In this document: in pieces, positions 13,031 to 26,029 of the stretch
How the letters are laid out: each line of letters opens with the position of its first letter
Position numbering within the stretch: the stretch's first letter is position 1
Origin: Lytechinus pictus
Taxonomy: Eukaryota
Direction: 5' to 3'
NCBI RefSeq assembly: GCF_037042905.1
Contig: NC_087245.1
Coordinates: 19,470,001-19,534,000 of the forward strand
DNA: 64,000 nt
Translations under genes and position numbers: made by a program
Notes under the pieces: model-generated
Seen by the model: the letters and a program-made list of their open reading frames with translations, nothing else
The model's database searches: none
Told to the model about the DNA's origin: nothing

Positions 13031-14556
13031 CTGTGTTAAGGATCAGGATGGGGGCAAACAGATTGAAAAAAAATAGGGGAAGGGGTAAAAAACAAAACAT
13101 CAATACAACTATCAAGTGCAACATACAATCGAAAGATCAGTCAAAACATCAGGCAAATGTCTAATACATCTAAGTTGTTGAGAAGTGCTAACAAAGGTCA
13201 GAGGTCAAAAGGAGGAATCTTTTGCTACTTTCACAGCACATGAAATCATTTCACACTACGTAATTCAGAAAATATATTGCACAGCAAAAAGAAATCAAAC
13301 AGTCAACTATAAGCTCCACTAACAGCATTTTCATTTCATTTTTTTCCCACCACGTATAGAATTAGAGCTGTGCTTTGAAATAGTTGTGTGGAGATTGGAG
13401 CTGCAGCTTCATTTGACCTATATTTTTATTTTCTTCCATGCTTTTTTCAGAATATCACATAAAAACTCAAAGAGAACATTAAAGAATTCTTCTCTTCTTA
13501 CTTGGTATTTGAAATCGGATTAATATGTATGCATTTACTTTGATAAAAAGAAGCAAAATCAAGTATATAAAAGGGTTATACGTTTAAGTGAATTCTAAAA
13601 ATACGAGCTGCTGTAATGTACTTGTTTTTCTTTAACAAAAAATGCTTTCAAGTACAGGTTGGATATTGCTTGTGTTGTGCTGTTGTAGCAGCTCTTATTT
13701 AGTGCATTAAAGAACATTAAATGTCAGCTGGGTCAACAACACCACAGTGCCTAGAAACAAAGTATTAGGTGCATTTATAAATGTGATGTGTTATAAATCC
13801 AGTTTGAGCTATGAGATATCAAAATCCTGGTCAACCTTAATCCAGTGTTAGTCACATTGTTGAATATGTAACCTGACACCAAAACCAGCAGAAAGTAAGA
13901 AAATTATAATACTATTCACCAGATTATCATTTAGATAGGTGCATACATGGGTTTGTTAAATTACCAAACTTCACCACAAGAAATAAATTAGATAGTTTAT
14001 AAATCCCTGGCTCATGCAAAGGTAAGAAATATAAAGTTGTCTTTATTCCAAACCCTCATGAAATCAAAAGTATCGGACCAAAAAAAACTTCAAAAAATCA
14101 TATATTTCAATCACAAAACAGGAAAGGGTAAAGGCCCTACCAATCAACCAAATTAATAATTAGTTTGAAACGGAAAATTGTGCTTTCCCTTCATTAACAT
14201 CTCTCTTGTAGTTTCCATCACATTTCATAATTCAAATGAACTCTAAACGTGAGATAAATTATATTTCTAAGGAATGAAATGCTTTATGTGGTATTAATTG
14301 GTAAATTTGATATGTTGAAAGTTTTTTTAAAACCTTTAAGGTGTCATTTTTGTGGCAATCGCAACACATAAATGGTACATATAACCAAGTTTTTTTTTAA
14401 TATGAAAACTTGTTAGTATGCTCAAGCTTAAAAAAAATCTGCAACACTTGCCTTATACAGAATTAAAAAATAATAATTTGTGAGACATAGTTTAAAATTT
14501 ATATATAAATATCCTGTTAGATGTCCATCAAGAGCATACAAAAACATATATGTAAC

Positions 14557-14649
14557 CTCTTGTCTGCCATATAAATTTTTTTTTTAAAGTTTTGGAAAAT
14601 TTTCTCTTGTCTGCCATATAAATTTTTTTTTTAAGTTTTGGAAAATTTT
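14557..14649. repeat. Intronic tandem duplication, about 47-bp unit x2
   Basis: CTCTTGTCTGCCATATAAA-T(n)-AAGTTTTGGAAAATTTT occurs twice head to tail. Confidence 0.85.
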
Positions 14650-15984
14650 CCACTTATTTTTCCATAAAAGCATTGTCAAAATTGACTTCTCTATATTACA
14701 GACATTGCCCCGAAATTCTTAATAGTAAATATGCCAACTACTGAATAAGTTGAAAAAATTGACAGATCATAAGAAAAATCAGTATCCTAAAAAGTATGCT
14801 CATACAGAAAAGAAAGTGCAATCCAGTTTATTGTAAAGAATGACCAATTAAACACAAGGTTATTCAAAGAAATTTAAAATATAATATAAGTACAGTAAAG
14901 CTTGCGCAGATACAAACATCACCAAATTTTATGAATTGAAAAAAAAACATTTAAAAACATAAATGAGAAAGCATATTTGATTGTGAAATTGAGCATTGTA
15001 TGCCAATTTTGATGAGCAAAGTTTTAAGCAGTTTTCAGTATAAAAGGAAGCAAATGCATACAAGTATCTCTGCTGCGAATCCATAAGTCAGCTAACGAAT
15101 CATTGTGCATTTTTTTCAGTTTCAGAACAAAGAACCGAACAAAACCCAAACCAAAAAAGATGGAGAAAACCAGCAGTCTTAAGTAGCTTATGAAATGTCA
15201 GCTGCACAATGAAATGCATCCAAAAGCAAATTTGTTTTATACATTGCTTATAAACCTTATGGTTTGCTCTGGATAACCCTTGGTTACATTCACAATAATA
15301 TAGCATTAAGAGATTTGATACAAGAAGCGAAGAGGTAAAACATTTGTTAAAATGTGCTTAAATAGGAGATCATCCTTTAGCTGAAATGCCTTGCATCATA
15401 TTTTGAATATGGAATATTAATTCATCACTTGATAACCAATTTTTGTATTTTATGTCAATACAATTAAAAAAGGGACTTTTTAAATACTCTTCTGGATATA
15501 AGCATACATTTCAGAAGGAAGCAATTTTCAAACTTGTCCCTCATTGATTAAAATAAATCCAAGCAAATGTACAAAATCAACACATTTCTTTGAGAGTGGG
15601 ATATTGAATTTGTTTGTATAATCTATACCTAGAGTGAATTGTAGATTACATGTCTGGGAAATGTAGCATAGAATAAGCTATTACTACATATAGGAATGGT
15701 GAGAGCTATTAGTTATATTTCAGGAATGAGGATTCGCTAATCGAGGGAATCTAGTATGATGAAAGGCATTTAAGGTCAGGTTGTGTCTCACAAGGTAAGA
15801 CTATTCCACACAAAACCACCAACAGGAAGTGAAACCATGCATGTTAAAGGTGAAAGGTTACAGTCCACAAGGAAAGGTGAGGTGCAACGAGAAACTTTAT
15901 TAGTTTAGTCTTCGATGGGCAAAGCCACAAAGCAGTATGGTAGTGCATGCAGGAGAACAAGTAAGAAGAGAATCAGGGATTTAC

Positions 15985-16779
15985 CTTCCAAGATCAGTTC
16001 TGCCGTTGTTGTTGCTTCGCCGATCTCGTTGATGGCCTTGCAGGTGTAGTTAGCGACGTCATCCATGGTGGTGTTGCGGATGAGGAGTGTGCACATTCCC
16101 TGTTCGTCGTAATCGATAGAAATGCGAGGTCCGAGTTTCAGCTCCACACCATTCTTGAACCACCTAATTTCTGGCATGGGTCTGCCCACTACTTTGCAGA
16201 AGAAGTTGATGCTATCGCCTTCTACTGCTGTGAGTGTCTTCATGTCGATGATGAATTTCGGTGGGTGCTTCTCTGGTCGCTTCTTGTGGGCTGCCTGGAG
16301 GAACAGATCAGCTTTAGACACTGCTGATCCTGCCTTGTTCGATGCCTTGCAGGCATATTCAGCATCATCATCAGCTTTGACTTCATCAATTATCAGGGAA
16401 CCAATTCCTTCATCCTCTGCAAATTCAAATTTCACATGCTTATCGTCTGGCTTGATCTCCTTGCCATTGCGATACCAGTGCAGTGTAGGCATGGGGATGC
16501 CGCTCACCTGGACATCAAACCTGGCAGGATGACCCTTTATAATTTCCAAGTCCACCATGTCTTCAACAAACTTAGGTGCTTCATACACTTCAGTGATTTC
16601 TCTCTGAGTGGGTTCCACTTGGAACTGAGGCATGACTTCAGGTGCAGCTTCGGTTGGTTTCTTCTCTATTGGCACGACTTGTTCCTCAACAACGGCAGCT
16701 TCTTGCTTGGGGACCGTCTCAAGAGGTTTGTCAACCTCCATGGTAGCCTTGGCTTCAACCTTGACTGGAGCCATTTTAC
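15985..16779 (-). CDS. Titin-like exon: spacer plus two Ig domains
   Basis: ATTTAG|GT to GAAG|GTAAAT. APKFVEDM...DDAEYACKASNKAG and PPKFIIDM...DVANYTCKAINEIG. 795 nt, phase 1-1. Confidence 0.93.
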
Positions 16780-17199
16780 CTAAATAATGGGAAAAAATTT
16801 AACAGGTACATCAGACATTGTGTGTACCACCATGTTTCTAAGCTCCAGTGCAGCATCACAAAATAGTTACATGAAAATATCTTAACTGATCAGATATTTC
16901 TCATGGAAATTGGGATCAAATGATGATGAAATTGTACAGAAACCCCACTTCTACCATTGGTCTTATTTACCAAGTGTATTTATATATTTTTGGAGGAGAT
17001 TGTTAATCACCAGCCAAATTCTATATCAGGGTTCTGATTCTAAGCAAGTAAAAAGAAGAATACCATTTTATAAAAAGAGCATAAATTTATTTTTTATCAT
17101 CTTGAACTTAAAGCCCTGTACATAAGTTTAACTAAAAATATGGAATCCAATCTATAATCACTTGTTTCTTGAAAGTCATATTAAGAATATTAATCCTAC

Positions 17200-17500
17200 C
17201 TGGTACTTCCACAAACAGTTCTGATTCTGTGGAGGCAACGCCCACCGGATTGACTGCTCGGACGACATATTGTCCCTCGTCCATACTCTCCACATCATGG
17301 ATGGTCAGTACGCATACTCCGTCCGGCCTGTGTTCAGTCTGGTAGTGAGAGTCTGGCTCAATGACTTTGTCATCTACAAACCATTGGACCTCTGGTCTCG
17401 GTTGACCTTCGACCTTGCATGTGACCTCCGCCGTTTTGCCTGGCTTCAGTTCAGCTGTGGTCAAAGGCTGTGTGAAGACTGGAGCTTTCTGCTCAGGTAA
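17200..17500 (-). CDS. Titin-like exon: Ig domain
   Basis: TTAACAG|TTA (LPEQKAPVFTQPL...VTCKVEGQPRPEVQWFVDD...DEGQYVVRAVNPVG), donor G|GTAGGA. Confidence 0.92.
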
Positions 17501-17914
17501 CTGTTAAAATATAAAAGATAAAAGAAGAGTAATCTTTTGTTCATTGACTGATTGATTAAAAGCAATTTCAAGGATTGCATTTATGTATATCAGAATTTTA
17601 AGATCCCCCCAAAGAAAAAAGGGATAAAAACCATGAGATTATCTTATAAAAAGCTCTCACTTTCAGCAGTATTCCTTCCAAATGATTGAATGCATAATCC
17701 CATATAACTGGAAGGATGACACAAATATTGGTCTAAGAACAAAACAAACTTCTAATAGTAATTCAGCTAGAGCACGATTGATCAGTTCTTCATTGTTCCT
17801 TTAAGAACTCTTGTCAACAAAATGTGGAGGAGATATTTTAATGGCAGTTCTTAGCTTTTAGGAATATCATGAGCAAAGTGAAGAATCTTTCTCAGTAATC
17901 ATGACAATAGCTAC

Positions 17915-18106
17915 CTCTGTTGGCGCAAGTGTGACCTCCACTTTAGTTGGTGTGACCTCGACAGGCATGACCACTTCCTGTTTCAGAGGTTTCTCCTCCA
18001 TCTTCTTGGTGACTTCCACAATGACCTCCTCGGGATGTTTCTCAAGGTCCTCCAGTTGGATCTCAATCTGGACTTCATCATGGACCTCAGGCACAGCAGC
18101 TTCAGC
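17915..18106 (-). CDS. Titin-like exon: PEVK-like spacer
   Basis: TGTGCAG|GCT (AEAAVPEVHDE...VTLAPTE), donor GAG|GTAGCT. Phase 0-0. Confidence 0.83.
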
Positions 18107-18482
18107 CTGCACAAGAGATATTTATAAGTGCGCAAACAGTGAGCTATTGCCAAACTGTCAGAACAGGTTTTTTTTCAATGACACTATGCATGTAAACCTT
18201 GCTTAGGCTTACCCAGTTTCTGAAGCCAATGATGAAGCATTTGTAGCAAAATGTATTGACAAGAAAGGATCAGATTGGAAAATTCAAGATTGATCACATA
18301 ACAAGCAAGGATGTCATTAATCACTTGAACAGCAATGAAGTATGTTAATTGCTGGAAAGGGGTATTTGGGTGAATCTTGTGTAATGGATAAGTTTTAGGA
18401 AATTGGACAAAGTTAAATGGTGAGATTACAAAAACAGGTTTAAATTCTGTGTTCTTTGTCCATATTCTTGTCAACACCTCAC

Positions 18483-18688
18483 CTCATCCAACTCCTTCTC
18501 CTCAACATCTGTTTCCAAGGCTTCCTCTGAGGTAATCGATGGAGCTTCACTGATGCTGGCAATTTCTAAGTCCTTGCCCCGGACCTCTAGGGTAATTTCC
18601 ATCGGTCCTTGGGGTTGGGCCTCCAAGGGTATGCCCTTCTCGGCCTGGACTAGGATTGCTGGCTTGTCCTTCTTCACTTCAGATGGTT
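18483..18688 (-). CDS. Titin-like exon: acidic spacer
   Basis: TGGACAG|AA (EPSEVKKDKPAIL...EKELDE), donor GAG|GTGAGG. Phase 1-0. Confidence 0.85.
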
Positions 18689-19155
18689 CTGTCCAAGGAA
18701 ATTGTAGACAGGTTTAATGGTCCAATGAATTTGGACAATGGGTAGATATACATGTGACATTACGCTGATATAGAAAATACTGAATATCCATTCTATTTGT
18801 TTTTATTACTATTGCTCCTGTATGCACATTAGGTCAACATTAAACCTTACATCAAACCTAAAATTAACCCTATGTCTTATTTTCACCTAATTCTGATCCG
18901 AAAATCCTATTATGAACTTGAAAAACCAAGAGTACAAGTAAAAGGCACAACACTGAAATAAAAGAGGATAGATATATGCCATTAGCACACTGGAAAAGGG
19001 AAAGTGTGTTTCCTCTGTGTTAGCCCTAATGATGAGAACGATAAACTTCAGTTATCTGCTTTAAGCCAGCAGGATTGCATTGAATCCACCTTCCTACAAA
19101 AACCCCTCTCTGTCTATCCCATGATCGAGTCAACTACTTAATAACAAACTCTTAC

Positions 19156-19359
19156 CTTCATCTACAATGACATCAGCACGGCAAGATACAATACCAAAGG
19201 GATTGACAGCCTTGCATAGGTAGTCTGCATCGTCACCAGGTATGGCCTCTGAGATGACAAGAGATGCGTTGCCTTCGGTGTCAGACATAATGGTGTGGCG
19301 AGGACTAGGCTGCAGAACCTTGCCGTCTCTGTACCAGGTGACTTCAGGGGTAGGCTTGC
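19156..19359 (-). CDS. Titin-like exon: C-terminal part of an Ig domain
   Basis: AACCAG|GC (GKPTPEVTWYRDGKVLQPSPRHTIMSDTEGNASLVISEAIPGDDADYLCKAVNPFGIVSCRADVIVDE), donor G|GTAAGA. Absent from the ORF track. Confidence 0.92.
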
Positions 19360-19853
19360 CTGGTTTTTAATGGCAGGTAGAGACAGACATGAATGTTAAG
19401 ATCATATTATAAATGACCATTTACATTATAAGATTTAAAAAAGACTATAAGACCCATTGCTTAAGACATGGCTGGTCAGATCAAAATTCAGTTGAAAGTA
19501 TGTTAACAATTTTTTTTTTTCAACTTTAAATGAACATAGGTTTGTTTTAAATTGTTAGAATGTACAGGTAAACTAAAAGTAGAAGAGATTTAATGTCAAT
19601 TTTAAATTGCAAAGGTTGTCATATTCATATAAACATATACAGTAGTTAACTAAAGTAAGAAGCACCATATCGATATTTCAAGGGAATAATAAAAAGAGTG
19701 AATAATTTTTAAAATTGGAATGAAACAAAGTTTAGAGGTTCCAAAATTATTGCAACACAATCAGAAAGTTACAATTCTAAATTTGTTCAGTAAGATTATG
19801 TATAACGATCTCGGGGAAAGGATGGCAAAGTTCACCCTTTTTAGGGAACCTAC

Positions 19854-20051
19854 CAGCAACTTTGACTCTCAAGTGTGCTGTTTCTCCTGGTTTGACTTCA
19901 ACATCCTGGACAGGCATGACGAAAGTTGGAGGAACACCTTCCTCCTCGAGTTCGTCCACACCTTCAAAGTCAATGCTGACCAGATCGCGACTTTGTGGAC
20001 CTTCGACGATGGCGCTGCTATCAACAGAGACAATGGAAATCTCTTCCGCTT
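19854..20051 (-). CDS. Titin-like exon: spacer plus N-terminal part of an Ig domain
   Basis: GTTTAG|AA (EAEEISIV...PPTFVMPVQDVEVKPGETAHLRVKVA), donor G|GTAGGT. Confidence 0.88.
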
Positions 20052-21529
20052 CTAAACATGCAGGGTTGGGGGAATAAAAGGAAGTAGGGATAGATGAATG
20101 CAGCATACAACTTAAACATAAAAAGGTTCCAAAATTAATAATTGTGTTCATTGGGTCAAAAGGAATAATTGATACATTGTTGCAAAATAATTGGGGAAAT
20201 AAATATTTTTTTTTAAATATTGGGAAAGCAAAAAATTATATTTAAAAGCACCAATTTACTGCAAAGCTCTACAAACCAGATATCCTTATATGCAGATATA
20301 AATATAACCTTACATCATGAATTTCCTTTTCCATAAATCAATCCCAAAAAATTAGCTGTGCTGTAATTATTTGTTAACCATGTTACCTTGTAAAAAGAGT
20401 GTTAGAATTCCCAATGGAAGGAAAGACATATTAAACCAATCGCTGAGAAGTGCTTTTCTATCACTTTAGTAAATAGGTGTAGTGTCACGTATAACTAATT
20501 GAGCGATAGATGACAAGAAATTAGAGGCGTAGAAGGATGAATGATTTTACTTCTGAGAAGAAGCATTGACCCGTGCTAACTCCTAAACTCACACTACATG
20601 ATAAATTAAGCTGAATATGAGAAAATGAAACTGAGGAGTGAAAACAGTGTTGCTTGCAAAATAAACAGTAATGTCTCCTCATAAACATCTCATGATGCCC
20701 CTCCATCACAAACATTTCTATAAAATAATTCCATGACTAATCCTTTCTCCAGTTTAAAGACATAGATGGGCAGGTCTGACAAAACTTTCAAGAAAAGTGA
20801 TAATGAGAGCACCACATGACAATGACCAAATGACAAGCAAGAGAAAAATGTTCATGATAAATCTTTAACATACACGCAACTTTATAAACATTCAAAATCA
20901 ATTCATGAACTAATGAACATATCATTTCACTGCATTGTCATGTAATCATGAAAAGGCCTATTTGGAAAACATCAGTTGATTTAGAAAATGAAACAAATCA
21001 TCCATATGTATTTATTAATGGGACAACAAATTTTCACCTCACAAATGAAATTACCGCACAGCTATAGGAGAGCTGATTGTGTTGCTCCATTTGCGATTGC
21101 TTGGGTTTTCTTTTTGTTATGCAAACTCCTCTACAGTGAACAGATTATGTACATTTTTTCAGATGGAACTCTTTGCCAATTTATTTCACATTTTGTAACC
21201 CCTTGTAATTACTTTATAACTGACATCTTTTTAAAATTTCAAATAACAATATAGCTCCCATCTTTCAATAAAAAATGTGGAATGCACAGAAAATACCAAG
21301 GATATGTTACTTTTGCAGTTTTTAAATTCACAGTTGTTTCAGAGCTACAATAAATGTACAAACATGTTATTATATTTTAGACAATTCAAATTCTAAGCAT
21401 TTATAAACTAACTTGGGAAATGCAGGAGCAATTATAAATTTTAGGAGTTGATTGAATACTACTTTTATTTAGACCTATAGTGGTTCACTGTGGAGGGGTT
21501 TATAGTCCTGGTGTATCCTGATCACTTAC

Positions 21530-21826
21530 CAGACGTTAGAGTCAGCTCGGCACCACACATGGTACGTCCGACCTGATTCTCAGCCCAGCAAGTGTAGGTA
21601 CCTAGGAGTTCGGGCGTGGCCTGACGGACCACGACCCAATTCTTTCCTTCTTTGTCCTGACCGATCTCGATCAGGTTAGACGGCTTGATCATCTTCTCCC
21701 CATGGAACCAAGTGATCTCGGGCATGGGGCGCCCGGTCACCACGCACTCGAAATGCGCCATGTCGCCCTGGGTGACTGTTGCGGTTTGGATGGGTTCAAT
21801 GAACTTTGGAGGTTCTGGCTCCTTGC
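21530..21826 (-). CDS. Titin-like exon: Ig domain
   Basis: CAAATAG|GC (RKEPEPPKFIEPI...FECVVTGRPMPEITWFHG...LGTYTCWAENQVG), donor G|GTAAGT. 297 nt. Confidence 0.92.
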
Positions 21827-22875
21827 CTATTTGCCAACCGAATGAAAATGGAAACTATGTGTAACTATTCAGACCTTTCTGAATATGAGAGGTTTCATGC
21901 ATAACAGAGTATATTCCATATTCTCTTGTAGTCATTGTGCTTCAAACCAATCACTCAAAAACTATGAGTTTGACAACATTGAAACATTAAGAGGATTATC
22001 CAAGAATTGGCTAAAAGTTCATAAAAAACTCTTTTAATTGTCTTTGCATTGCCACAATAATTTTTACCCTCCTTATGATAATCCTGCAGAAAATAATTTA
22101 TTAGACACGTCTTTAATCAATTTAATCCAAAATGAATTCAAATCATATATTTGATTTGGGGTTGTGATTAATTCATGCCCACAATTTTTTTCCTGCTTTG
22201 TGTTTAAAAAATATTTGCCTTCAAATGACAAGATATTGCATATTCCTTTAATAACCATCATAAAATGTGTTCTCAAAAATCTTAATCTTAATAAAAATTG
22301 AGAACTTGTATGAATTACACAATAATGTTTTCAAAGTATGTATCGTTTAGGTATTCAAGTAATGCATATCTTTTGTCTTCAAAGCCCTTGGATATTCCTC
22401 TCATGTTTCTTAGCTTTTTAGAGATGTCATACACAAGTGAAATCAAGCCACATGCAAAATGCTAAATAAATGCTTGTAATAGGTCAGTATATATATTGGA
22501 ATACAAAGCCAAGTGATAAATGTTTTCAAATGGAAAATCACTATTAAACTGAGAAGCATTGTTGTGTTTCCAACATAAAAGAAATGAATGTACCTTTACT
22601 CCACAATTTTTTTTATAATTTTTTTTTAAATAACTGAAAAAGGGTGATATGAGAATTTCAAAGGGAGATATTTTCTATTCAAAGAAAGCTGTGTTTAATC
22701 TTTATCATTTGTGATATTTTTTTTAATATATGTATATTTTAAATCCAATTGAATTCAATCAGTGGATAATTCAAAATATTCATTTTATGAGGTCATTATT
22801 TACGTCAAAAAAATTTGAAGATTCACAAGTTTCCTTACACAGTTCCTTCAGAATACAAGTCAAAGCAACGTCATT

Positions 22876-23180
22876 TCAAATGTGTTTATTCATATTTTTC
22901 AACAAATTTTTCAAATCACCTGCACTGATATGGTCAACGTCTGATGAGTATTCCTCATCTTGTGGCGTTGTGGGTAATATGACATCATTGTGCATGCAAT
23001 TGTTGAAGGAGGGGCGGTTGCAAGCATGCATAAAGGAGGGAGTTGAGATGGTGATGGGGGATCCAGACCAGGTACGAATCTTGTGAACGTGCCAGCCCCC
23101 GCGGTTGCCGGCGGGGGTGAACATGGGTGATGACATCGACACTACAAAACCTGTGATGGGAACAGAGGGGTTGGCTACTT
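22876..23180 (-). CDS. Candidate alternative terminal exon (about 101 aa, QVANPSVPITGF...LLKNMNKHI*)
   Basis: Acceptor CATTTGGTAG|AA in phase 1 matches the upstream donor and enters the open frame of the 124-aa ORF. Locally GC/CpG-rich; no domain recognised. Confidence 0.45.
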
Positions 23181-24519
23181 CTACCAAATGACAAACATAC
23201 ACAGACATGGAAATACATATATTTACAAACACAACTGAATACATAAACATTCTATTTTTTTTTACAACAGAATATCCTTGTTGCTATATAATACTTAAAA
23301 TATTGTGCTATAATAATCATAAATGAAATATATAAATCACAATGAGGTGCAGCACTCATATTAAAATTTAGTTTCCAGTAATATGTTTGGCAAAAATAAA
23401 GCCTTTGAATATTCAAAGAAATTTATGATGAAATAATGAATACAGAGATTAATATCAAACAGTAAAAAAAATCAGTCTCCCTACATTTTGTAGGTATATA
23501 GGAACATATTTCAAGCTTACTTCTGAATCTATTAAAAAACATTTAAATTGTATTCATACTTAGTTTTTAGACAATATATAAAGATTTATTTGTCCCCTGG
23601 CAATTTATTGCCTATTCTTCAGCTGGTATACAATGTACATCAAAAGGCACTTACTGAACATATGATGTTAAATACACAATGTATGACATTAATAAATGTA
23701 CTGGATATTCATGGTGAAGTGCAGTGGTGTTAGATTAAATGCAACTTACTACATATCCATTATAATGAAGATAAGCAGGAAATAAATACAGAAAATAAAC
23801 ACGTTAGTAAACTAGAAAGCATCATTATAACGTTTTGCAAGTACATGTAACAATCTAATACCAGTGGTTAGTCGAGCTAAAGGCTATACAGGAACTTAGT
23901 ATAATAGATGCATGAAACAACGTTTACTGACATATAAGTTACAAACTCATATTCACAACCATACAGATGCATACAACTCAGTGGGGTAACACACATGTGA
24001 TTCAAACACCTCCCATAATCAAACAGTCATGCACATCATCAAAATGAACATTCTCCACAAATCAAACCTTCATCACATTCCTAAATTATTTGAATAAATG
24101 TCATGAGTTTGCACATGTATTATAAAATTCAAATTATATTCCTTAAAATGACAAAGAGTTAGATGCACATGTACAGAAGATGGAAGTTAATTGAATCATA
24201 TACCTACATGTATGGGTAGCAGAGATGGTTTTAAAAGAGTAAAAATCCTCACACATTTGTAAACTTATTGTTTAAGATGGTTCCCACATATGAACATGTG
24301 TAATGCCAACCAATGGATATGAGCAACTCAAATGCATATGTGTGAAATATGAAAGATTAAAATCTGAATTAAAAAGAAATAATAATCTCAGATGGTATAA
24401 GAATAATTGATGTAACCATGAAATTTGGTTGGTAGTGTGGATCCCAAGCCCAATGTCAATGATGAATGATTGAATCCTAAATACTAAGATGGACCAGGAC
24501 CTGGTCCTAGTCTACTCAC

Positions 24520-24842
24520 GTGTGACCTCCAGAGACACAGATGCCACAGCCTTGCCCTCCTTGTTGGTTGCCACGATTCGGTACTTCCCTTCATCGTCGG
24601 GCTCAATATCGGTCAGCTCTAGTGTTAGAATGTAAAGATGGACATCGGCGTACATGCTCATGCGACGGCGAGGCGTCTCTTCGAGGGGTTGGTCATCTTT
24701 GAACCATTGGATCTGAGGTCTGGGTGCAGCAATGAGGCGGAACTCAAAAGTGACTTTCTCCTTGCCGGCACTGACTACCTGGCTCTTGGCGACTGTCATG
24801 AAAGCTGGTTTGATTCCTTCACCTTCTTCAATGGTTGATTCC
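24520..24842 (-). CDS. Titin-like exon: Ig domain
   Basis: ATTTAG|G (RESTIEEGEGIKPAF...QWFKDD...DEGKYRIVATNKEG...LEVT), donor C|GTGAGT. Phase 2-1. Confidence 0.92.
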
Positions 24843-24974
24843 CTAAATAAAAAAGAAGACAGAGGCATTCAAATTACCATTCAAAGAATTAATTTGTTAT
24901 TCTTTCTTTTACTATGGCAATGTGTTAATTTTTATAAGAAATGTTATATCATCAACCCTGCTGGACTGAAAAAC

Positions 24975-25505
24975 CATGCTGAAAATTTTATCAAAATCGG
25001 ATGTAAAATAAGAAAGTTATGACATGAGTTTCGCTTATTTTTCACAAAATAGTTATATGCACAATTTAGTCACATGCAAACGAGAGAATCAATGATGTCT
25101 CTCACTCACTATTTCTTTTGTTTTTTTATTGTTCGAATTATACAATATTTCAATTTTTGCAGATTTGACAATAAGGACCAACTTGACTGAACCATAAAAT
25201 GTTAAGCAATGGTAATTCAACATTTCAGGGAGAAATAAAACTTTGTTTCACATGACAATGAGAAAATTATAATATTTCACATTCTATATAATAAAATACA
25301 AAAGAAAAAGTGAGTGAGTGATGTCATCCAGTTCCCTCATTTGCATACCAACCGGGATGTGCAACTGTTTTGTGAATTTAAGTGAAATTTAAAATGTCAT
25401 AACTTTCTTATTTTACATCCGATTTTGATGAAATTTTCAGTGTTATGCTTGTTGGTTTTTTCTCTTTTTATTCAAATCAAGTTTTTGTTGGGGTGAACTT
25501 GTCCT
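24975..25505. mobile_element. MITE-like non-autonomous DNA transposon with long inverted repeats, left end truncated
   Basis: 24975-25025 (CTGAAAATTTTATCAAAATCGGATGTAAAATAAGAAAGTTATGACAT) is inverted at about 25394-25442, with a second inner pair at about 25072-25132 / 25291-25347. The right end is ...GTCCT-TTAA. Confidence 0.8.
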
Positions 25506-25589
25506 TTAAAGATGGATTGTTGGACACTTAGTACATGTATATTAAATCGTAGGGTTGTGGAGAATAAAATAATTATGAAAGTTTCAAAC

Positions 25590-25644
25590 CTTGACAGACT
25601 TTTCCGGCTTGGAGTTCCATCACTCTCTGCATCAGAAAGAGCAA
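25590..25644 (-). CDS. 55-nt exon (VALSDAESDGTPSRKSLSR)
   Basis: TTTTACAG|TT to AG|GTTTGA. Phase 1-2, required to join the phase-2 acceptor of the next exon. Confidence 0.85.
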
Positions 25645-26029
25645 CTGTAAAACAAAGTGAAGAATTATTTCAATTCAATTTCACTGATGGTAAACATAAA
25701 TGAAAAAGAACTACATGCAGTGGCTACTCCAGATTTGAATTATTCACCAAAGTTCATTCATAAAGTATATACTGATAAATGGTTTGTTAAACATATGAAG
25801 CAAATTAGAATAATATGACAATTGAAGGGCATAAACTGAAGACATTTTTTTTTATAATTTTTTTTACTTTCAACAAGTCTGGAAGATAAGTACCATGTAT
25901 TGCCTCAGTTGTATCAAGTGTGACAATTGGTCAAAATGAGGAAAAAACTAACATATACAGAGAATATAACTGGATGAAACAAAAACAAGGTAATATAATC
26001 TACACATAGGAAAAGGACATTGCATTTAC

